Assembly: GCA_964244895.1 (NCBI GenBank)
Contig: CAXTKV010000182.1
Span: forward strand, 1-10,642
Length of the DNA: 10,642 nucleotides
Origin: an uncultured Deinococcales bacterium
GTDB taxonomy: Bacteria > Deinococcota > Deinococci > Deinococcales > JAAFIG01
Direction: 5' to 3'
The translations under genes and the position numbers were made by a program. Below are positions 5,272-10,642 of the stretch, one piece after another. Position 1 is the stretch's first letter; each line of letters starts with the position of its first letter. The notes under the pieces are model-generated. The model worked only from the letters and a program-made list of their open reading frames with translations. It ran no database searches and was not told the origin of the DNA.

Positions 5272-7233
5272 TCAGTTCAGGTTGCTGCTGAAGACCTGCT
5301 CCGCGCCATCGCGCAATTTCATCAATCGGGGCGTGATCAGGTGCGCGGCTTCGGGCCGCGCGAAGTGAAAGCCCTGGCCCTGGGCGCAACCCAGCCCGCG
5401 CAGGGTGATCGCCTGGGCTTCGGTTTCGATGCCTTCGGCCACCACGTCCAGATCGAGCGCGCGGGCGATGGACATGATCGCCTCGATCAGGGCCAGCGCG
5501 AAGTGCGGCGCGTTGCGCGGTGATCCCAGATCGCGGATGAAGCTGCGATCCACCTTGATCGTCTGGATCGGCAGGTCGCGCAAGTAAGACAGGCTGGAAT
5601 AGCCCGTGCCGAAGTCGTCGATCGCCAGGCTCAGACCCAACTCGCGCAACTCGTTCAGCGTGCGGGTCGTCTGCTCCAGATCGCGCAGCACCACGCTTTC
5701 GGTCAGCTCGAGTTCCAGCAGCGACGCGGGCAGACCGGTCGTCACGAGGGTTTCGGCCACGATGCTTTTGAAGTTCGATTGCGCCAGTTGCAACGAAGCC
5801 ACGTTGACCGCGACCTTCAGGCGCGGCTGGCCGGGCTGGTTCCAGAGTTTTGCCTGACGGCACGCCTGGTTCAGCACCCACGTCCCGATCGGCACGATCA
5901 ACCCGCTCGTTTCAGCCACCGGAATGAAATCCACGGGGGACACGTACCCGCGCGTCGGGTGGCGCCAGCGCAAGAGCGCCTCGAGCTTGATGACGCTGCC
6001 ATCGCGCAGATTCACGATCGGTTGGTACGCCAGTTCCAGTTCGTCGCGCTCGAGCGCCAGCCTGAGGTCGCGCTCGAGCTGTAAGCGTTCCTCGATCTCG
6101 CTGTCCAGCGTGGCTGAGAAGCGCCGCACGCCGTTCTTGCCGGTGCGTTTGACCGTGTACAGGGCGCTGTCGGCGTGACGCAAGAGCACGTGCGCGTCGA
6201 AACCATCGTCCGGGAAGAGGCTGACGCCCGCGCTGGCGGACACGCGAATCGTCTGGCCGCGCACCTCGAGCGGACTGGCGAGCGCCGTCACCAGGCGTTC
6301 CGCGACCGCCATCGCCTGCTCGCTCGGGGTGTTCCAGAGCGTCAGCACGAACTCGTCGCCGCTCCAGCGCCCCAGGCAATCGTCTTCTCGACAAAAATCC
6401 TTCCAGCGGTTCGCGACTTCCATCAGCACCGCGTCGCCCATCTCGTGGCCGAGCGTGTCGTTGACGACCTTGAAGCCGTCCAGGTCGAGGTATACGACCG
6501 CCGCCGGGCGCTTCTCGCGGTTGGCGCGCTCCAAGGTTCGCTCCAGCCGGGTGTGCAACCCCAGGCGGTTCGGCAGGCTGGTGACGGCGTCCGTGTGCGC
6601 CAGGTTGTGCATGGTTTCGGCCTGCGCCTCGGCCCGAGACGAACGCTGGTTGATGCCCACCAGCGCCAGCGTCAACAACAACAGCGTCACGTTCGAGAGG
6701 TTGAACTGCACCAGTGCGCTCAGCACGCTGAAGCTGCGCGGATTGCCCAGCCCGATGGCGTAAGCCGCGCTGACTGCGATCATCGCGAACACGAACACCA
6801 ACGGCATGATCCGCGCGCCGCGCACGTTGGGCACCAGCAAACTCAGCACGTGCAAGGTCGGAATCCAGAACAGGCTCTCCGTCATTTCGGCGGTCACGTT
6901 GACGGACGCCGAAGCCTCGAACAGCAAGTACCCGAGTTTCGCCAGAAAGAACAAGCCCGAAGCGCTGACGATCGTCAGCACGACCGGCCCGGTCGCCCTG
7001 CGGCTCGCGAGCAAAATGATCTCGAGCCCGATCAACCCGACGAACATCAGCGGGAAGGCGATCTGATCGAACGGGGTGCTCTGGTGGCTGAGCGGATCGA
7101 AGATCATGCCGAGCCCGAACGCCAGACACGCGAAGGGCAAGGATTTCAGGATGCTGCGCCGCCAACCGTCATCGTCGTTGATGACTGGCGGATCGGTCAG
7201 CGCGCGCAACACGTTCCAGAGCATGCTGTCCAC
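5272..7233 (-). CDS. Membrane-bound diguanylate cyclase/phosphodiesterase (about 6 TM helices-GGDEF-EAL), ~650 aa
   Basis: Six hydrophobic segments in the first ~195 aa. GGDEF domain: TDAVTSLPNR, DLDGFKVVNDTLGH, REDD-x5-SGDEF. EAL domain: EALLRW, ELTES, DDFGTGYSSLSYL, KVDRSF, AEGIET, QGFHFARP. The start could be GTG 7233 or ATG 7224. Confidence 0.95.
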   Translation of the reverse strand: MDSMLWNVLRALTDPPVINDDDGWRRSILKSLPFACLAFGLGMIFDPLSHQSTPFDQIAFPLMFVGLIGLEIILLASRRATGPVVLTIVSASGLFFLAKLGYLLFEASASVNVTAEMTESLFWIPTLHVLSLLVPNVRGARIMPLVFVFAMIAVSAAYAIGLGNPRSFSVLSALVQFNLSNVTLLLLTLALVGINQRSSRAEAQAETMHNLAHTDAVTSLPNRLGLHTRLERTLERANREKRPAAVVYLDLDGFKVVNDTLGHEMGDAVLMEVANRWKDFCREDDCLGRWSGDEFVLTLWNTPSEQAMAVAERLVTALASPLEVRGQTIRVSASAGVSLFPDDGFDAHVLLRHADSALYTVKRTGKNGVRRFSATLDSEIEERLQLERDLRLALERDELELAYQPIVNLRDGSVIKLEALLRWRHPTRGYVSPVDFIPVAETSGLIVPIGTWVLNQACRQAKLWNQPGQPRLKVAVNVASLQLAQSNFKSIVAETLVTTGLPASLLELELTESVVLRDLEQTTRTLNELRELGLSLAIDDFGTGYSSLSYLRDLPIQTIKVDRSFIRDLGSPRNAPHFALALIEAIMSIARALDLDVVAEGIETEAQAITLRGLGCAQGQGFHFARPEAAHLITPRLMKLRDGAEQVFSSNLN

Positions 7234-7284
7234 AGATTCGCGTTTTTGCAGTTACGAAACCCTTACAGTGCGCGCGCCAACAAA

Positions 7285-7304
7285 TGCGTCTGGAACGGAG
7301 TCTC
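7285..7304. repeat. Single REP-like unit in the divergent promoter region
   Basis: TGCGTCTGGAACGGAGTCTC shares GCGTCTGGAACGG with the copy at 3863-3875. Confidence 0.5.
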
Positions 7305-7348
7305 GGCTCTGCCTCGAGAATGTGACGAATCGCATAGCCATCGGGCTC

Positions 7349-7377
7349 TTCAAACCCCTCGGCGTGTCGCGTAGCAT
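7349..7377 (+). promoter_or_regulatory. Putative sigma70 promoter, leaderless (TTCAAA-17 nt-TAGCAT)
   Basis: TTCAAA at 7349-7354, 17-nt spacer, TAGCAT at 7372-7377, then 6 nt to GTG 7384; no SD. Confidence 0.6.
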
Positions 7378-7383
7378 GAGCGC

Positions 7384-9090
7384 GTGTCGAATCCAGCCGA
7401 GCCAGTTCGCCGCAGTCGAGTGCTCGAGGGAGCCGAATACGAGAGCGCCGTCAAGATCCTCAGCGAGCGCTACGACCCGCGCATCCAATGGGCGGCGCTG
7501 CTGCTGCAACCGCGCCCGTGGGCGCAACTGCTGACCTTCGGCAACGATGCCCTACCGATGCCGCGCATCAAAGGCAAACTGCAAAAGGCCGCCCGCAACC
7601 CCGGCGAGACCGTCCACAAGCTGATCGCGCGCCTCGAGACGCTGCCCAAGGGCACGCCGGAACTCGAGAGTCGGCTGGCGCAATTGCAACTGCTGCTCGG
7701 TCGCCACGACCGGGCGGCGCGGATCCTGGAATCCGCGCCCCAGACGCCGCTGGCCTTCGCCATGCAGATGATGGTGCTGGCCACGCGCTACGATTTTGAT
7801 GCCGTGATCGAACGCGCGGCCCTGATCGAACAGCGCGACGATACACCGCTCGGGCGCGAGGCTCGAGCCAGGGCGCTCCTGGCCGTGGCCATCGCCCATC
7901 ACGGGCGCGCCGCGTACCCTCGGGCGCTCGAGTGCTTGCAGCAGGCCTTCTTGCTGCCCGGTGCGCTGCCCGGCTTCACCGAGCGCGTCTGGGCGCTGCG
8001 CGAGCAGTGCCACACGCTGGCGGGCGAACGCCATCCGGTCGAACAGGAGCACGAATTCCGGGCCTTGCTGAGCAGAACCTCCGGCCTGGAGGCGCGCTAT
8101 CACATCGAGGAGTTGCTGTTGCGGCTGCTCGAAAAAACCGGGCGCTACACCGAAGCCGCCGAGATCGCCGCCGGACTGCCCGACGACCGCCTGAGCCACG
8201 CGCACCGCGACCTGTTGCGCGTGACTGCTGGCAGCCTCGAGCGCTCGGCCTGGCTCAAGCTCGAGCGCAACCTTGCGCCGCACCTGGGGGCGCTCCAGGC
8301 GGTGCGCGCGCTGAACCGGCTCGACGCGGACGGAATCGTGCAGGGTCTGGCTCCGCCCGTGCGGGTCGAGAACACCGGCCTGCCGACTGGCGACGCGATT
8401 CCCGGCGTGGACGCGCGCAGCTTCGCGATGTGGAACCTGGCGCTGGCCTGGGCTTTCGTGCACCGCGCGCAGATCGGGCGTTCGCTGGAATGGTTGCAGA
8501 ACGCCTTCGTGCCGCGCTCCGAATGGGACGCCCGGTTCCTGAAAAACCTCGTGCTGATCGAAGGCTTCATCCTCGAACCGGACACGATCGAGGCGTACTA
8601 CAACACCGCCGCGATCGTCCGCGAGACGCGCTGGCTGATCGAGGAACGCCTGTCGGCAAGCTTCGTGTTCCTGCCGCTCGCACCCCGGCTCGCGCCGCAC
8701 GCGGTTGCGTTGTTGCTGACCAGCCCGGACGGTTGCCCGAGCCTGGAAGCCCACGCTCGCCCCGCGCTGGCCGTGGTGTCCTCGCGCGGACTGCAATTTC
8801 AGGACGTGCTCTATCTGCCGCAGATCAGCGCCGTCAAGCTGCTGCTCGCGCCCGATGGCAAACCGCGCGGCATGAGCCCCGGCGCGATCCGTCAGACGCG
8901 CTATTACCTCAAACGCCTGCTCGAGGCTCGGGGCAACCCTGGGCTGGTGCAGGCCAACCGCATCTACCGCGCGATTGAACGCATCGAAGCCGCCGAGCGC
9001 GGCGAGGAGCGTCGCGCCTGGCACGAATCGTACCTTCAGTACCGCGAAGCTTACGGTCAGCTGGTCGTGTGGGCAGACCGTTCTGAATGA
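7384..9090 (+). CDS. Hypothetical protein, alpha-helical (TPR-like) repeats, 568 aa
   Basis: Long ORF with G/C-ending codons and Leu/Ala-rich amphipathic helices. TPR-like segments: LAQLQLLLGRHDRAARIL, AIAHHGRAAYPRALECLQQA, LLEKTGRYTEAAEIA, LAWAFVHRAQIGRSLEWLQNA. A promoter sits directly upstream. Confidence 0.7.
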   Translation: MSNPAEPVRRSRVLEGAEYESAVKILSERYDPRIQWAALLLQPRPWAQLLTFGNDALPMPRIKGKLQKAARNPGETVHKLIARLETLPKGTPELESRLAQLQLLLGRHDRAARILESAPQTPLAFAMQMMVLATRYDFDAVIERAALIEQRDDTPLGREARARALLAVAIAHHGRAAYPRALECLQQAFLLPGALPGFTERVWALREQCHTLAGERHPVEQEHEFRALLSRTSGLEARYHIEELLLRLLEKTGRYTEAAEIAAGLPDDRLSHAHRDLLRVTAGSLERSAWLKLERNLAPHLGALQAVRALNRLDADGIVQGLAPPVRVENTGLPTGDAIPGVDARSFAMWNLALAWAFVHRAQIGRSLEWLQNAFVPRSEWDARFLKNLVLIEGFILEPDTIEAYYNTAAIVRETRWLIEERLSASFVFLPLAPRLAPHAVALLLTSPDGCPSLEAHARPALAVVSSRGLQFQDVLYLPQISAVKLLLAPDGKPRGMSPGAIRQTRYYLKRLLEARGNPGLVQANRIYRAIERIEAAERGEERRAWHESYLQYREAYGQLVVWADRSE

Positions 9091-9102
9091 TCCTCATTTC
9101 AG

Positions 9103-9150
9103 GAACGCCGTTCAGCACACGAATTTAAGAATACGTGCTGGACGGCGTTC
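9103..9150. repeat. REP-like inverted doublet 5 (16-bp stem)
   Basis: GAACGCCGTTCAGCAC (9103-9118) and GTGCTGGACGGCGTTC (9135-9150), one U-G wobble, 12 nt after the stop at 9090. Confidence 0.7.
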
Positions 9151-9318
9151 TCGAGCCCGCAGCATTTCGCGTTTCGAGCCGAAGCTCGAGTCGTCCGCGC
9201 CCACCGGAAAACGAGCGGACTGCTCGCCTTCGAGCGTCAGCCAATGGCCGTCGCGCACTCGAGCCTCGCGGTTCACGAATTCTGGCGCTCGAGGAATCGC
9301 GGCGATTCCGTCCGGCGC

Positions 9319-9348
9319 TTCAATCGCAAAGAAGCCAGGGGATAGACT
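9319..9348 (+). promoter_or_regulatory. Putative leaderless promoter (TTCAAT-18 nt-TAGACT)
   Basis: TTCAAT at 9319-9324, TAGACT at 9343-9348, 7 nt to GTG 9356. Confidence 0.55.
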
Positions 9349-9355
9349 GTCCCGC

Positions 9356-10453
9356 GTGAACTCGCTCGACCACGCCAACCGCGCCGCACTGGTCGAACGC
9401 CTGCTCGAGATCGCACAGACGCCCGCCCCGACCTTCGCCGAAGGCCAACGCGCCACGCTGATCGCGCGGCACTGGGCGAGCTTCGGGTTGCACCCCGAAC
9501 TCGACGCGGCGGGCAACGTGATCGCTCGCGTGCCCGGCCCCAAACGCGGCCCGAGGTTGTGCCTCGCCGCTCACCTGGACACGGGTCTCGACGCCAACAC
9601 CGACCTTGCTGTGCGCCGCGAACCGAACCGACTGACCGGCCCCGGCGTGGGCGACAACGCCGCCAGCCTGAGCGTGCTGACCGCTTACGCCGAACAGATC
9701 GCCCGCGAAGCCAGCGCCCCGTGCGAGTTGTGGCTGGCCGCCACCACCGGAGAGGAAGGGCTGGGCGACCTGAAGGGTGCGAAGCACCTGATCTCGGAGC
9801 ACCACCGGGATTTCGATGCCTTCGTCGCCGTAGACGGCTACCTGGGTCTGGTCGTGGACCGCGCCGTCGGCGTGCGCCGCTACCGCGCGAGCTTCAAGAC
9901 CGAAGGCGGCCACTCGTGGGGCAACGCGGGCGGCCCGAGCGCCATTCACGCGCTCGGCGAGGCGATCCACGACCTGTACCGACTGCCCCTTTCCACCGAA
10001 CCGCGCGCCACATTGAGCGTCGGCACCGTCCAGGGCGGTACGAGCATCAACTCGATCGCGTCCGGCGCGGAACTGCTGCTGGATTTGCGCTCGATCGACG
10101 AGAACGTCCTCGAGATGCTCGAAGGCAGCGCCCGCGCCGCCATGACCCGCGCCGCCCGCCGCGCCCGCGCCGAACTCGAACTCGAGAAAGTCGGGGATCG
10201 GCCCGCCGGGGAAACCCACAACGACACCCTGGTGCGCGCCGCCGCTCGCGCCCTGGATCGGGTCGGGATCGCGCCGCGCCGCGTGGCCAGCAGCACCGAT
10301 GCCAACGCCGCCGTGCCCTACGGCCTGCCCGCCATCGCCTTCGGCGTGTACCGGGGCGGCAACGCGCACCGTCTGGACGAATGGGTCGAACCCGACAGCC
10401 TCGAGACGGGTTTGCAGGCGCTCGACGGGTTCGTCAGGGCCTTCGCGGGCTGA
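9356..10453 (+). CDS. M20/M25/M40 family metallohydrolase (peptidase/deacylase), ~365 aa
   Basis: AAHLDT, GVGDN, GEEGLG, AVDG, GGHS, GGTSINSI, STDAN and NAHRLDE motifs. Start placed at GTG 9356 (in frame, after a -10 box); the upstream ORF extension is non-protein-like and overlaps repeats. Confidence 0.9.
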   Translation: MNSLDHANRAALVERLLEIAQTPAPTFAEGQRATLIARHWASFGLHPELDAAGNVIARVPGPKRGPRLCLAAHLDTGLDANTDLAVRREPNRLTGPGVGDNAASLSVLTAYAEQIAREASAPCELWLAATTGEEGLGDLKGAKHLISEHHRDFDAFVAVDGYLGLVVDRAVGVRRYRASFKTEGGHSWGNAGGPSAIHALGEAIHDLYRLPLSTEPRATLSVGTVQGGTSINSIASGAELLLDLRSIDENVLEMLEGSARAAMTRAARRARAELELEKVGDRPAGETHNDTLVRAAARALDRVGIAPRRVASSTDANAAVPYGLPAIAFGVYRGGNAHRLDEWVEPDSLETGLQALDGFVRAFAG

Positions 10454-10479
10454 GGAATCTCGATCGGGGAAACTCGGCG

Positions 10480-10506
10480 GGAGGGTAGGTCGCAGACCTG
10501 CCCTCC
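10480..10506 (+). terminator. GC-rich stem-loop after the M20 gene (terminator or REP-type palindrome)
   Basis: GGAGGGTAGGTC-GCA-GACCTGCCCTCC, 12 bp with one U-G pair. The T-run starts only ~9 nt later. Confidence 0.5.
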
Positions 10507-10549
10507 AGGACACGGTTTTTGCAGGAGCGACTCTGAACTTCCGACTGAT

Positions 10550-10604
10550 ATGAAATCGTCTTTCATTTGCGCAGCTTCGCCGCTTCAGTTCCAGACGATT
10601 TCAT
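10550..10604. repeat. Perfect 12-bp inverted repeat with 31-nt spacer
   Basis: ATGAAATCGTCT (10550-10561) and AGACGATTTCAT (10593-10604). Confidence 0.7.
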
Positions 10605-10642
10605 TCGCATCCTACGCGCCACAGCGCGGTTTTGATTTGATC

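Noticed and set aside
1375..9150. CRISPR array interpretation of the repeated ~21-nt unit
   Set aside because: Copies are dispersed, inverted and degenerate rather than regularly spaced direct repeats, and no cas genes are present.
8975..9355. N-terminal extension of the M20 ORF
   Set aside because: It overlaps the preceding gene and intergenic hairpins and has low-complexity composition; a promoter and in-frame GTG at 9356 explain the gene better.
528..10513. Long antisense or alternate-frame ORFs (e.g. 3880-5076+, 5912-7165-, 6175-7374+, 7552-9024-, 7932-8978+, 9320-10513-, 9559-10488+)
   Set aside because: They overlap genes with clear family motifs or better codon pattern, are Arg/Pro/Gly-rich or typical antisense translations, and are expected in high-GC DNA.

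Overview
High-GC bacterial window with eight supportable protein-coding genes. The organism is probably Deinococcota, inferred from TANNNT boxes directly upstream of start codons and strong CTCGAG enrichment. In order: (1) a low-GC (~49%) stand-alone HNH-type nuclease; (2-3) an ATP-grasp enzyme plus esterase operon on the minus strand; (4) a secreted/lipoprotein alpha/beta hydrolase; (5) an unusual tandem hot-dog-fold protein with FabZ-like and AfsA-like motifs; (6) a six-TM GGDEF(SGDEF)-EAL c-di-GMP enzyme upstream of it on the same strand; (7) a divergent 568-aa helical-repeat protein of unknown function; (8) an M20-family metallohydrolase. The best candidate for an undescribed system is the GGDEF-EAL sensor + double hot-dog enzyme (+/- the divergent helical-repeat protein), which is laid out like a signal synthase/receptor pair. 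Two non-coding patterns stand out: a ~21-nt REP-like repeat occurring as inverted doublets in nearly every intergenic gap, and ~48 copies of the palindrome CTCGAG (HIP1-like over-representation). No rRNA, tRNA, CRISPR array or transposase was seen. All counts are manual and no database searches were run.
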